A stretch of DNA of 64,000 nt from Actinomycetota bacterium. Lineage in GTDB: Bacteria > Actinomycetota > UBA4738 > HRBIN12. The notes under the pieces are model-generated. The model searched no databases. It had not been told where the DNA came from and saw only the letters and a program-made list of their open reading frames with translations. The DNA lies in NCBI GenBank assembly GCA_035691205.1, contig DASSJM010000061.1, positions 15,932 through 79,931 of the forward strand, given 5' to 3'. How positions within the stretch are numbered: the first letter of the stretch is position 1; each line of letters begins with the position of its first letter. Below are positions 40,881 to 51,130 of this stretch, in pieces. A program made the translations under genes and the position numbers.

Positions 40881-40978
40881 GGGTCCCGGCGACTCTACCC
40901 TGCCACGCGGGCCGTACGGATGCCGCCCGGCGGGCCGCGTGTGAAGATGTCCGCATCGCAGGCAGGCTGGGGGAGCAC

Positions 40979-41833
40979 GTGACGGTGGACGACGCGAAGA
41001 AGGCGAAGGCCCACAAGCATCGCGACGTCGAGGATCGCAACAGTCGCCTGCCCAAGAAGGCCTACGAGAAGGAGCTGCGGCGCCTCCAGGAGGAGCTCGT
41101 CAAGCTCGAGGACTGGGTCGCGGCCGTCGGTGCCCGCATCGTGGTGGTGTTCGAGGGTCGGGACGCCGCGGGCAAGGGCGGCACGATCAAGCGGATCACG
41201 CAGTACATGAACCCCCGGATCACCCGGATCGCCGCCCTGCCCAAGCCGACGGAGCGAGAGCGCACGCAGTGGTACTTCCAGCGCTACATCGACCAGCTAC
41301 CCGCGGCCGGCGAGATCGTCCTGTTCGACCGTAGCTGGTACAACCGGGCCGGCATCGAGAAGGTGCTCGGGTTCTGCACCCCCGATGAGCACCGTCGGTT
41401 CCTTCGCCAGTGCCCGATCGTGGAGCGACTGATCGTGGAGGACGGGATCACCCTCCTGAAGTACTGGTTCTCCGTCTCGGACGAGGAGCAGGAGCGCCGC
41501 TTCCGGGCTCGGATCGACGATCCGATCCGGCGGTGGAAGCTCTCCGACACCGACCTGTACTCGCGCTCGCGCTGGGTCGACTACTCCAGGGCGAAGGACG
41601 AGATGTTCGTCCACACGGATATCCCCGAGGCCCCCTGGTACCTCGTCGAGGCCGACGACAAGCCGAGCGCGCGGCTGAACTGCATCGCCCACCTCCTGTC
41701 CCAGATCCCGTACGAGCCGGTGCGGCACGATCGGCTCGCCGTTCCGGAACGGCAGTCGGACGAGGGGTACGTCCGCCCGCCCCGCGAGGCGTTCACGTAC
41801 GTGCCGGACCACGCGGCCACGCTGCTCGCCTGA
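40979..41833 (+). CDS. Polyphosphate kinase 2 (PPK2) family protein
   Basis: Walker A (FEGRDAAGKGGTIKR) and the PPK2 lid motifs (LFDRSWYNRAGIE...KYWFSVS...RRW). Confidence 0.85.
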   Translation: MTVDDAKKAKAHKHRDVEDRNSRLPKKAYEKELRRLQEELVKLEDWVAAVGARIVVVFEGRDAAGKGGTIKRITQYMNPRITRIAALPKPTERERTQWYFQRYIDQLPAAGEIVLFDRSWYNRAGIEKVLGFCTPDEHRRFLRQCPIVERLIVEDGITLLKYWFSVSDEEQERRFRARIDDPIRRWKLSDTDLYSRSRWVDYSRAKDEMFVHTDIPEAPWYLVEADDKPSARLNCIAHLLSQIPYEPVRHDRLAVPERQSDEGYVRPPREAFTYVPDHAATLLA

Positions 41834-41864
41834 GCCATCACACCGTTCGATACGCTGCCGGGCC

Positions 41865-42794
41865 ATGGAGCGTCTCCGCGGTCTGGACGCGCTGCCGCTC
41901 GCCGGTGGCCGCAGCGTCGTCACGGTCGGCTTCTTCGACGGGGTGCACATCGGGCATCGGGCCGTCCTGGCGCGCACGGTCGAGCGAGCCCGGGAGCGGG
42001 ACGCTCCCGCCATCGCCGTCACGTTCGACCGTCACCCGCGAGAGGTGCTCACGCCGGGGAGCGAGCCCCGGCTGCTCACGTCGGTGGAACGCAAGGCCGC
42101 GTTGATCGAGGGTGCGGGGATCGACGTGCTGCTCGTGGTCGAGTTCACCGAGGAGTTCAGCCGGTGGCCGGCCGATCGGTTCGTCGCCGACGTGCTCGCG
42201 GACGGGCTGCACGCCGAACACTGTGTGATGGGCGCGAACTTCACCTTCGGCCACAAGGCCGCCGGCAACGTCGATCGCCTCGTCGAGGTCGGTCCGGCAC
42301 ACGGCTTCACGGCCGAGCGGGTCGAGCTCGTCGATCTGGGCGGCCGCCGCGTCTCCTCGTCCTCGATCCGGGAGGCGCTCGCCGAGGGGGACCTCGGGTG
42401 GCCCGAGGCCGCGCTCGGCCGGCGGTACGTGCTGGACGGCACGGTCGTGCGTGGGGCCGGTCGCGGCCACGACCTCGGGTTCCCGACCGCGAACCTACGG
42501 ACCTGGCCCCGCCTGCTCCTTCCGGGGCGAGGGATCTACGCGGGGCGCGCGGAGGTCGACGGCGGGGCCCACGTGGCCGCGATCAGCGTCGGCACCAACC
42601 CGACGTTCGGCACCGAGCCGCTCCACGTCGAGTCCTACCTGCTGGACTTCGACGGGGACCTGGTCGGTCGAGAGATGGCCGTCGAGTTCTGGTCGTACCT
42701 GCGCGATGAGGTACGCTTCGACACCGCCGCCGCCCTCGTCGACGCGATGACGGAGGACGTTCGCCGGACCCGCGAGCTCGTCCGGAGCGACTGA
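41865..42794 (+). CDS. ribF: Bifunctional riboflavin kinase / FMN adenylyltransferase
   Basis: Motifs GFFDGVHIGH and GRGHDLGFPTANL... Confidence 0.9.
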   Translation: MERLRGLDALPLAGGRSVVTVGFFDGVHIGHRAVLARTVERARERDAPAIAVTFDRHPREVLTPGSEPRLLTSVERKAALIEGAGIDVLLVVEFTEEFSRWPADRFVADVLADGLHAEHCVMGANFTFGHKAAGNVDRLVEVGPAHGFTAERVELVDLGGRRVSSSSIREALAEGDLGWPEAALGRRYVLDGTVVRGAGRGHDLGFPTANLRTWPRLLLPGRGIYAGRAEVDGGAHVAAISVGTNPTFGTEPLHVESYLLDFDGDLVGREMAVEFWSYLRDEVRFDTAAALVDAMTEDVRRTRELVRSD

Positions 42795-42798
42795 AGTC

Positions 42799-43899
42799 AT
42801 GGCCCCACGCCACGCCCGCCGCACCCGCTTCCCCTTCGCCCTGGTCGTCGCGATCCTTGCCGTGGCCGCGGCGGCGGCCTGGTTCCTCGGGGGTCGCGAG
42901 GGTACCGACGCCGAGGCGGGAGCGGTCCCGGGAGCCGGCGGGGGCTCGGCGACGGGTACCGCGACGGGGAGCACGGCCGACCTCGCCGGTGACTCGCCCG
43001 ACGCTGCGCTCACCCCCGCGCCCGAGGCGACCCCGGCCTCCGAGCCGAGAGGGAAGCTCGTGATCCACGGGACCGGCGACGTGAGCCTGGACCCCTCGTA
43101 CATCCCGGCGCTCGCAACCAACGGGTACGGCTGGGCCTGGAGCGGCCTCGATGGTCTCTTCCGGGACGACGATCTCACGATCGTCAATCACGAATGCCCC
43201 TCGACGGACATCGTCGCGCCGATCTCGAAGACCTTCGTGTTCCGGTGCGACCCGCGGGCGCTGGATGAGGCGCTCGCGGCCGGCGTCGAGGTGGCGAACC
43301 TCGCGAACAACCACGGATACGATCAGGGTCCGGACGGCCTGTTGGATTCGATCCGGAACATGCGGCGGGCGGGCGTGCTTCCGGTGGGCGCGGGGGAGGA
43401 CGCGACCACGGCCGACGCCCCCCGGTACGTCGAGGTCAAGGGGTGGCGGATCGCGATCGTCGGCGTCGGAGAGGTCCTGGACCCGCTGACGCAGGTCGCG
43501 ACCGAGGACCGGCCGGGGACGGCGGTCGGCCACGAGTTCGGCCGGGCGCTCCGAGCGATCCGCGAGGCTGAGGCCGAGGCCGACCTGGTGCTCGTGACGA
43601 TCCATTGGGGGATCGAGCTCGACACCCAGCCCCGCGATTACCAGGTCCAGGAGGCCCGCGCGATGATCGACGCCGGGGCCGACGCGATCTTCGGTCACCA
43701 CTCGCACCGGCTGCAGCCGATGGACACGTACCAGGGCCGGCCGATCTTCTACGGCCTCGGGAACTTCGTGTGGCCCAGGTTCTCGGTCGAGGGCTCGACG
43801 ACGGCGGTCGCCCGCGTGGTGGTGCGTCCCGACGGCACGATCACGGGCACGCTCCTGCCCGCCGAGATCGTCTCGGACGGCCACCCGGTCCTTCGGTAG
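42799..43899 (+). CDS. CapA family metallophosphoesterase-like protein (poly-gamma-glutamate synthesis CapA/PgsA-like), membrane anchored
   Basis: An N-terminal TM anchor, then the calcineurin-like motifs (HGTGD...NHEC...NLANNHGYD...GHHSH). Confidence 0.75.
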   Translation: MAPRHARRTRFPFALVVAILAVAAAAAWFLGGREGTDAEAGAVPGAGGGSATGTATGSTADLAGDSPDAALTPAPEATPASEPRGKLVIHGTGDVSLDPSYIPALATNGYGWAWSGLDGLFRDDDLTIVNHECPSTDIVAPISKTFVFRCDPRALDEALAAGVEVANLANNHGYDQGPDGLLDSIRNMRRAGVLPVGAGEDATTADAPRYVEVKGWRIAIVGVGEVLDPLTQVATEDRPGTAVGHEFGRALRAIREAEAEADLVLVTIHWGIELDTQPRDYQVQEARAMIDAGADAIFGHHSHRLQPMDTYQGRPIFYGLGNFVWPRFSVEGSTTAVARVVVRPDGTITGTLLPAEIVSDGHPVLR

Positions 43900-43979
43900 T
43901 GCGCACGAACACCCGCCCGCAGCGCTCCGTTCGTACCGCCGGCCTGCGGCGCCTCGAGCGCATCTGCTAGAAAGCCCTG

Positions 43980-46262
43980 GTGAGCACATCGCTCGGTCCG
44001 GGCGGCCGATTCGGCGACTACACGATCGCCTCGATGCTCGGCCGCGGGGGGATGAGCGTGGTCTACCTGGCCGAGGACCGTCGGCTCGGCCGCCAGGTGG
44101 CGATCAAGGTCCTCGCCGAGGAGCTCGCCGAGGACGAGTCCTTCCGCACCCGGTTCATCCGGGAGTCCCAGCTCGCGGCCGGCCTGGAGCATCCCAACAT
44201 CGTCCCCGTGTACGAGGCGGGCGAGCTCGAGGGACACCTGTTCATCGCGATGCGGTACGTCCGCGGTACCGACCTGCGCACGCTGATCTCCCGCGAGGGT
44301 CCTCTCGCCCCCGATCGTGCCTTGGCCCTGCTCCGGCCGATCGCCGCGGCGTTGGATGCCGCGCATCGCCGCGGATTGGTCCATCGAGACGTGAAGCCCG
44401 CCAACATCCTCGTGGCGATCGACGAGGGGGAGGAGCACCCCTACCTGTCGGACTTCGGGCTCACGAAGCACGTCTCGTCCAAGAGCGGCCTCACCAAGAC
44501 CGGGCAGTTCATGGGGACGGTCGACTACGTCGCGCCCGAACAGATCCGCGGGGAAGAGGTCGATGGCCGTACCGACGAGTACTCGCTCGCGTGCGTCCTC
44601 TACCAGTGCCTGACCGGCGAGGTGCCGTTCGACAAGCAGGCGGACGTCGCCACGATGTTCGGGCACCTGCAGGATCCGCCTCCGAGGGTCTCGGCGCGGC
44701 GACCCCTGGTCCCGTCCGGTCTCGACGACGTCGTGATCCGGGGCATGTCGAAGGAGCGCGAGGACCGGTTCCCGACGTGCACGGCCATGATGGAGGCGCT
44801 CAACACCGCGGTCGGGCTCCCGTCCCTGCCTCGCGAGCAGCCCTCGATCGACCCGTCGATCGTGGCGATGCCGCCCCAGCCCGGTACCGGACCGCTGCTC
44901 CCGGCCGCCCCCGCGACGCCGTCCGGGCCGTCCGCGACGCCTCCGTCGGGCACGAGCACCGTTCGGGTGCCGGCCGCCGCGCCCTCGCCCCCTCGGGGCA
45001 CGAGCCGGCGCGCCCTCCTGATCGGCGGCCTCGCCGCGGTCGCCGTCGTCGTCGTCGTCGTCCTGGTCGTGCTGTCGTCCGGCGGCGAGGAGCCCGTGCC
45101 CGGTCCGGGACCGACGGGTGAGACCGCCCCGGGCTCCGCCTTCGCGAACGAGCGGCCGATGGACATCCCCGGCGCCGGGATCACGGCCCCGTACCCCTCG
45201 TCGATCGAGGTCGCCGACCTCTCCGGCACGATCGACGACGTGAACGTGACGATCCACGGGTTCGCTCACGCGTTCCCCCGCGACGTGGACCTCGTCCTGG
45301 AGGGACCCGGCGGCCAGACGGTCTTCCTCATGGAGGGGATCGGTGGACCCGAGGGGGTGAGCGGGCTGACGATCACGTTCGACGACGCCGCACCTTCCCT
45401 GCCCTCCTCGAGGGCGCTGTCGAGCGGGAGCTTCCGGCCGACGACCGCCGTGGGCGACGGGTTCGGGTTCAACGGGCCGCCGCCCGCTCCCGAGCCGCCC
45501 TACGGACTGGACCTGTCCGTGTTCAACGGCACCGATCCGAACGGTACGTGGAACCTGTTCCTGTTCGACGACTCGCAGGGGTCCGGCGGCCAGATCGCCG
45601 GCGGCTGGAGCCTGGACATCGAGCTCGCCGGCCCGACGACGACCGGCGCGACGGGATCCACCGGCGCCACCGGCCCCTCGGGCGAGGTCATCTTCACCGA
45701 CGACTTCTCTGACCCCGCGTCCGGGTGGGACGTGTTCGACGAACCCAGGCAGCACGGCGGCTACCAGGACGGCGAGTACGTGCTCGGCGTGGTGGGCGGG
45801 CTCCGCGTGGTGGGGGACTTCAACACCTCGACCCAGGAGTTCGCCACGCTGGGGGACGTGCGGGTGGAGGCGACCGGCCGGATGCTCACGCCGGAGAGGG
45901 ATTCGGTGTACGGGGTGGTCTGTCGGGCCGCGACCGCCGACGACTACTACTACTTCCTGATCGGGGGCAACGGGAAGTACTTCATCGGGGAGAACGATGC
46001 GACCGGGGCGACGAACTTCGACGTCGGGGTCTCGCCCGCGGTGGTCCGTGGTCGCGGGCCGAACCGGATCGTCGCGGAGTGCATCGACGGACCCGAAGGG
46101 GTGATCCTGCGGATGATCGTCAACGGCATCTCGGTCAACACGGTGGTGGACGCGGTCGAGCCGATCGCCTCGGGCGCGACCGGGTTCCGTGTGGACTCGG
46201 GGGGCTCCGACGCGGAGGCGGCGTTCGACGACTACGTGCTGAGCGCGCCTTCGAGCCCCTGA
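43980..46262 (+). CDS. Transmembrane Ser/Thr protein kinase with extracellular proprotein-convertase P-domain and a ConA-like beta-sandwich domain
   Basis: Hanks kinase domain (GRGGMSVVY...AIKVL; [10 protein letters not shown]; DFG; APE), a TM segment ([20 protein letters not shown]), then a P-domain-like region ([26 protein letters not shown]...) and a C-terminal jelly-roll-like domain. Confidence 0.85.
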   Translation: MSTSLGPGGRFGDYTIASMLGRGGMSVVYLAEDRRLGRQVAIKVLAEELAEDESFRTRFIRESQLAAGLEHPNIVPVYEAGELEGHLFIAMRYVRGTDLRTLISREGPLAPDRALALLRPIAAALDAAHRRGLVHRDVKPANILVAIDEGEEHPYLSDFGLTKHVSSKSGLTKTGQFMGTVDYVAPEQIRGEEVDGRTDEYSLACVLYQCLTGEVPFDKQADVATMFGHLQDPPPRVSARRPLVPSGLDDVVIRGMSKEREDRFPTCTAMMEALNTAVGLPSLPREQPSIDPSIVAMPPQPGTGPLLPAAPATPSGPSATPPSGTSTVRVPAAAPSPPRGTSRRALLIGGLAAVAVVVVVVLVVLSSGGEEPVPGPGPTGETAPGSAFANERPMDIPGAGITAPYPSSIEVADLSGTIDDVNVTIHGFAHAFPRDVDLVLEGPGGQTVFLMEGIGGPEGVSGLTITFDDAAPSLPSSRALSSGSFRPTTAVGDGFGFNGPPPAPEPPYGLDLSVFNGTDPNGTWNLFLFDDSQGSGGQIAGGWSLDIELAGPTTTGATGSTGATGPSGEVIFTDDFSDPASGWDVFDEPRQHGGYQDGEYVLGVVGGLRVVGDFNTSTQEFATLGDVRVEATGRMLTPERDSVYGVVCRAATADDYYYFLIGGNGKYFIGENDATGATNFDVGVSPAVVRGRGPNRIVAECIDGPEGVILRMIVNGISVNTVVDAVEPIASGATGFRVDSGGSDAEAAFDDYVLSAPSSP

Positions 46263-46306
46263 CCAGGGGGTTTCGCGGACGCCGTCTGGTAGCCTTGGCT
46301 CTCCGT

Positions 46307-46576
46307 ATGACCCTCACCAAGACCCAGAAGTCCGAGATCATCTCCGAGCACCGGCGCTCCGACGCCGACACGGGCTCCGCGGAGGTGCAGATCGCCGTGC
46401 TCAGCAAGCGGATCTCGGACCTCACCGAGCATCTGAAGAGCCACAAGAAGGACCACGCGTCCCGGCGGGGCCTCCTGATGCTGGTGGGGCGTCGGCGGCG
46501 GCTCCTCGAGTACCTGAAGCGCGAGGACATCAACCGCTACCGCGAGATCGTGGCGAAGCTCGGACTTCGCCGGTAG
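46307..46576 (+). CDS. rpsO: 30S ribosomal protein S15
   Basis: 89 aa ([40 protein letters not shown]...). Confidence 0.9.
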   Translation: MTLTKTQKSEIISEHRRSDADTGSAEVQIAVLSKRISDLTEHLKSHKKDHASRRGLLMLVGRRRRLLEYLKREDINRYREIVAKLGLRR

Positions 46577-46781
46577 GACCCGGAGGGCGCCCGAGGGCGC
46601 CTTCTCCGCAGGAGGGATGCGAACGACCTGACCCACCCGACCAGCGAGGCGGGACGCCCGCGGTCGGTTCTCAGTAGCGAGCCACCGAACCAGTGTCGGC
46701 GGTTCACCACTGACAACCGGCCCGGCCCGCCTCCTCACCAGCGCGGCTCACGCCGCGCCCGTACCCCAGGAGGATCGGCCG

Positions 46782-49058
46782 ATGGCCATCAACATGTCCC
46801 GAGAGTTCGGGAGCCACACCCTGACGTTCGAGTCGGGCAAGCTCGCCAAGCAGGCGGACGGCTCGTGCGTCGTGACCTACGGCGAGACCCAGGTGCTCGC
46901 CACCTGTACCACCGCCAAGCCCCGCGAGGGGATCGATTTCTTCCCGCTCACGATCGACGTCGAGGAGCGGATGTACGCGGCCGGCAAGATCCCCGGCGGC
47001 TTCTTCCGTCGCGAGGGCCGGCCGTCCGAGACCGCCATCCTCACGGCGCGCCTGACCGATCGCCCGATGCGGCCCAGCTTCAAGGACGGGTACCGCGACG
47101 AGGTCCAGGTCGTGATCACGGTCCTGTCCGTCGACATGGCCAACCCGTACGACATCCCCAGCATGAACGCCGCGAGCCTCGCGACGATGCTGTCGGGCAT
47201 CCCGTTCGAGGGACCGGTCGGCTCCGTGCGTCTGGGCCTGATCGAGGGGCAGTGGGTCATCAACCCGACCTTCCAGGAGGTCGAGGAGGCGACGTTCGAC
47301 ATCGTCGTGGCCGGACGGCGCAACGACGCCGGCGGGGTCGACATCCTGATGATCGAGGGGGAGGCGCCGGACAACACGTGGACGCTGCTCGAGGGCGGAC
47401 GAGGCGTCGCCCCGTCCGAGTCGGTCGTCGCGGAGGGCCTGGAGGCCGCCAAGCGCGCGATCGACGAGCTGATCGAGTTCCAGCTCGAGTTCGTCGCCCA
47501 GGCCGACGTCAAGCCCAAGCCGTTCGAGCCGCGGTTCCTGTACTCGGAGGACACGTTCGCCGCGGTCTCGGCCTTCGCCAAGGAGCGTCTGGAGACCGCG
47601 ATCGTCCCCGATCGGGCCGAGCGCGAGGCGGCCCTGGATCAGGTCAAGGACGAGCTGAAGGTTCACCTGCAGGAGACCTGGGGGGAGGAGGCCTTCGCCG
47701 AGCGAGCCGCGGAGATCTCGCCGGCGTGGAAGGACCTGCAGAAGAAGGTCATGCGCGCCAGGGTGATCGAGCACGGCGTGCGACTCGACGGTCGCGGGCC
47801 GCGCGACCTGCGGCCGCTCTCGGCCGAGGTGGGGATGATCCCGCGCGCTCATGGTTCGAGCCTGTTCCAGCGGGGCGACACGCAGGCGCTCAACGTCACC
47901 ACCCTCGGCATGCTGCGGATGACGCAGATGATCGACACGCTGGACCCGGAGGAGAGCAAGCGATACATGCACCACTACAACTTCCCGCCCTTCTCCACGG
48001 GCGAGGTCGGCCGGATCGGCTCACCGCGTCGTCGCGAGATCGGCCACGGCGCCCTCGCCGAGCGGGCACTCTTGCCGGTCGTTCCTCCGGAGGAGGAGTT
48101 CCCCTACGCACTCCGCCTCGTCTCGGACATCCTGGGCTCCAACGGGTCCACGTCGATGGCGAGCGTATGCGCCTCGACGCTGTCGCTGATGGACGCCGGC
48201 GTGCCGATCAAGGCGCCCGTCGCGGGCATCGCGATGGGGATGATCGCCGAGGGCGACACGTTCGTGACGTTGACGGACATCCTCGGCGCCGAGGACGCGC
48301 TCGGCGACATGGACTTCAAGGTCGCCGGCACGAGCGAGTTCGTGACGGCGATCCAGCTGGACATGAAGGTCACGGGGCTGCCCGGCGACGTCCTGGTCGG
48401 CGCGCTCGAGCAGGCGAAGGAGGCGCGCCTGAAGATCCTCGAGGTGATGCTCGCGGCGATCCCCGAGCCGCGCACCGAGGTCAACCCGAAGGCACCGCGG
48501 ATCCTCACGCTGAAGATCCCCGTGGACAAGATCGGCGAGGTGATCGGCCCCAAGGGCAAGAAGATCAACGAGATCGTCGCGATGACCGGCGCCGACATCG
48601 ACATCCAGGACGACGGCACCGTGTTCGTGGGCGCCCGCGAGGCCGCGGGTGCCGACGAGGCCGTGCGGATCATCGACGAGATCGCGAACCCGCGCCCGAT
48701 CACGGTGGGCGAGCGCTTCACGGGGTCCGTCGTGAACACCACGACGTTCGGTGCCTTCGTGAACCTCGTCCCCGGCCGCGACGGCCTGATCCACATCTCC
48801 AAGCTCGGGCGCGGAAAGCGCCTGTCCAGCGTGGAGGAGGCCGTCAAGGTGGGGGACACGATCGAGGTCGAGGTCCAGGACATCGACGACCGGGGCAAGA
48901 TCAGCCTGAAGCCGGTCGGCGAGGAGTGGGCGATCCCCGAGGGGATGGAGCCCGAGGCCGCCCAGGACCGGCCGCCGCGCCGCGATCGGGATCGCCGGCC
49001 GCGCGACCGCGATCGCCGGCCGCGCGACCGCGACCAGGCGCCGAGGGACCAGGCCTAG
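46782..49058 (+). CDS. pnp: Polyribonucleotide nucleotidyltransferase (PNPase) with an RD-repeat C-terminal tail
   Basis: Two RNase PH domains, a KH domain and an S1 domain. The C-terminus is RDRDRRPRDRDRRPRDRD. Confidence 0.9.
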   Translation: MAINMSREFGSHTLTFESGKLAKQADGSCVVTYGETQVLATCTTAKPREGIDFFPLTIDVEERMYAAGKIPGGFFRREGRPSETAILTARLTDRPMRPSFKDGYRDEVQVVITVLSVDMANPYDIPSMNAASLATMLSGIPFEGPVGSVRLGLIEGQWVINPTFQEVEEATFDIVVAGRRNDAGGVDILMIEGEAPDNTWTLLEGGRGVAPSESVVAEGLEAAKRAIDELIEFQLEFVAQADVKPKPFEPRFLYSEDTFAAVSAFAKERLETAIVPDRAEREAALDQVKDELKVHLQETWGEEAFAERAAEISPAWKDLQKKVMRARVIEHGVRLDGRGPRDLRPLSAEVGMIPRAHGSSLFQRGDTQALNVTTLGMLRMTQMIDTLDPEESKRYMHHYNFPPFSTGEVGRIGSPRRREIGHGALAERALLPVVPPEEEFPYALRLVSDILGSNGSTSMASVCASTLSLMDAGVPIKAPVAGIAMGMIAEGDTFVTLTDILGAEDALGDMDFKVAGTSEFVTAIQLDMKVTGLPGDVLVGALEQAKEARLKILEVMLAAIPEPRTEVNPKAPRILTLKIPVDKIGEVIGPKGKKINEIVAMTGADIDIQDDGTVFVGAREAAGADEAVRIIDEIANPRPITVGERFTGSVVNTTTFGAFVNLVPGRDGLIHISKLGRGKRLSSVEEAVKVGDTIEVEVQDIDDRGKISLKPVGEEWAIPEGMEPEAAQDRPPRRDRDRRPRDRDRRPRDRDQAPRDQA

Positions 49059-49064
49059 CCCGAG

Positions 49065-50327
49065 ATGCCGATCGGGCGGACGGAGTTCGCCTCCGGCCTG
49101 CGCGTCATCACCGAGCGGATGCCCGGCGTCCGCTCGGTGGCGCTCGGCCTGTGGGTGCTCGCCGGCTCGCGCGACGAGCCGCCCCCGATCAGCGGGTCGA
49201 GCCACTTCCTGGAGCACCTGCTGTTCAAGGGGACGAAGACGCGCTCGGCGCGGGACATCGCCGAGGCCTTCGACGCGGTCGGAGGCGAGGTGAACGCGTT
49301 CACGGCCAAGGAGTACACGGCGTACTACGCGCGGGTGCGCGATCACGACCTGCCGATGGCCGTGGAGCACCTCGGGGACATGCTCGGCAACTCCGTGCTT
49401 CGGGCCGCGGACTTCGAGGCCGAGCGCAGGGTGATCCTCGAGGAGATCAACGTCCACGAGGACACCCCCGACGACCTCGTGCACGACGTGTTCACCGAGA
49501 CGCTGTGGCCGGGGCATCCGCTCGGCCGACCGATCCTCGGGACGCGAGCGAGCATCCTGGCGGCCTCGCGCGACCAGGTGCGTCGGTTCTATCGCCGGCA
49601 CTACGTGCCGGGGAGCGTCGTGGTGGTCGCCGCCGGGAACCTTCGCCACGACGCCCTGGTGGACCTGGTCGCCCGGCACATGCGCCCCGGCCCGATCAGA
49701 TCCGAGGGACCGGCCGCGTGGAAGCTCCGGCCGGCGAGTGAGGCTCCGATCCCCTCGGGGCGCTCGCTCGTCAAGCGGCGGAAGACCGAGCAGGCGCACA
49801 TCTGCATCGGGACGAGCGGGCTCTCACGCGTCGATCCCGACCGGTTCGCGTTCGGCGTGGTGAACAACGCACTGGGCGGCGGGATGAGTTCGCGGCTGTT
49901 CCAGGAGGTCCGAGAGAAGCGGGGGCTCGCGTACAGCGTCTACAGCTACCACGCGATGTACGCGGAGGCCGGGCTCTTCTGCGCGTACGTCGGCACGACG
50001 CCCGACCGCGCGAGGGAGGTCCTCGCCCTCGTGCGGGGGGAGCTCGACGACGTCGCGAGCGACGGCCTGGGCGGCGAGGAGTTCGAGCGGGCGAAGGGTC
50101 ACATGAAGGGCTCCCTCGTCCTGTCGCTCGAGGACCCCGCGGGGCGGATGTCGCGGCTCGGGAAGTCGGAGATCGGCCACGGCGAGATCCTCACCGTGAG
50201 CCAGCTCCTGTCGAGGATCGAGGCGGTGACCCCGGAGGATGCGCGGCGGGCAGCCGAGCGCGTACTCTCGCAGCCGATGACCACGACCGTGCTCGGCCCC
50301 TTCTCGCGCAAGGACCTCCTCACGTGA
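49065..50327 (+). CDS. M16 family zinc peptidase (PepR-like)
   Basis: Inverted zinc motif HFLEHLLFKGT...E, and the conserved position between pnp and dapB. Confidence 0.85.
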   Translation: MPIGRTEFASGLRVITERMPGVRSVALGLWVLAGSRDEPPPISGSSHFLEHLLFKGTKTRSARDIAEAFDAVGGEVNAFTAKEYTAYYARVRDHDLPMAVEHLGDMLGNSVLRAADFEAERRVILEEINVHEDTPDDLVHDVFTETLWPGHPLGRPILGTRASILAASRDQVRRFYRRHYVPGSVVVVAAGNLRHDALVDLVARHMRPGPIRSEGPAAWKLRPASEAPIPSGRSLVKRRKTEQAHICIGTSGLSRVDPDRFAFGVVNNALGGGMSSRLFQEVREKRGLAYSVYSYHAMYAEAGLFCAYVGTTPDRAREVLALVRGELDDVASDGLGGEEFERAKGHMKGSLVLSLEDPAGRMSRLGKSEIGHGEILTVSQLLSRIEAVTPEDARRAAERVLSQPMTTTVLGPFSRKDLLT

Positions 50328-51130
50328 TCCGTGTCGGCGTGATCGGCGCCTGCGGCAAGATGGGCCTGATGGTGTGCCGGACGGTCGCGGAGGCCCCGGA
50401 TCTGGCGCTGGTCGCCGCGATCGACCGATCGAAGGTGGGACAGAGGATCGGCCAGATGATCGGGCACCCGGAGGTGGACGCGCCGGTCTCCGACGAGCTC
50501 GACCGGCTCCTCGAGGCCGAGGTCGACGTCGCGATCGACTTCACGCATCCGGAGGTCGTCATGGACGACGTCCGCTGGTGCATCTCGCATGCGGTCCACC
50601 TCGTCGTGGGGACCACGGGGATCACGCAGGAGGACCTCCAGGAGATCGACCGGCTCATGTCGGACGAGGGCCACGAGTCCAACGTGATCGTGGCGCCCAA
50701 CTTCGCGCTCGGCGCCGTGTTGATGCAGCGGTTCGCGGCGCAGGCCGCCCGTCACTTCGCCGCGGTCGAGGTCATCGAGCTGCATCACGACCAGAAGGCC
50801 GAGGCGCCCTCGGGGACGGCGATCGCGACGGTCCGGCGCATCCAGGAGGAGCGTGGAGAGGCCTGGCACGGGCCGCTCCCCGAGACGCTGGAGGGCGTCC
50901 GGGGCGGCGACGTCGACGGGATCCGCATCCACTCGGTCCGGTTGCCCGGGCTCGTCGCGCATCAAGAGGTGATCTTCGGCGGGCTGGGGCAGACCCTCAC
51001 GATCCGCCACGACTCGACCGACCGGTCCTCGTTCATGCCCGGCGTGCTGATGGCCGCTCGGGCCGTCCTCACCCGCAAGGGGCTCACCGTCGGCCTCGAG
51101 CCGCTGCTCGATCTGCCGCCGCTCCCGTGA
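50324..51130 (+). CDS. dapB: 4-hydroxy-tetrahydrodipicolinate reductase
   Basis: Motifs IRVGVIGACGKMG...E.HH..K.DAPSGTA; the GTG start overlaps the upstream stop. Confidence 0.9.
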   Translation: MIRVGVIGACGKMGLMVCRTVAEAPDLALVAAIDRSKVGQRIGQMIGHPEVDAPVSDELDRLLEAEVDVAIDFTHPEVVMDDVRWCISHAVHLVVGTTGITQEDLQEIDRLMSDEGHESNVIVAPNFALGAVLMQRFAAQAARHFAAVEVIELHHDQKAEAPSGTAIATVRRIQEERGEAWHGPLPETLEGVRGGDVDGIRIHSVRLPGLVAHQEVIFGGLGQTLTIRHDSTDRSSFMPGVLMAARAVLTRKGLTVGLEPLLDLPPLP

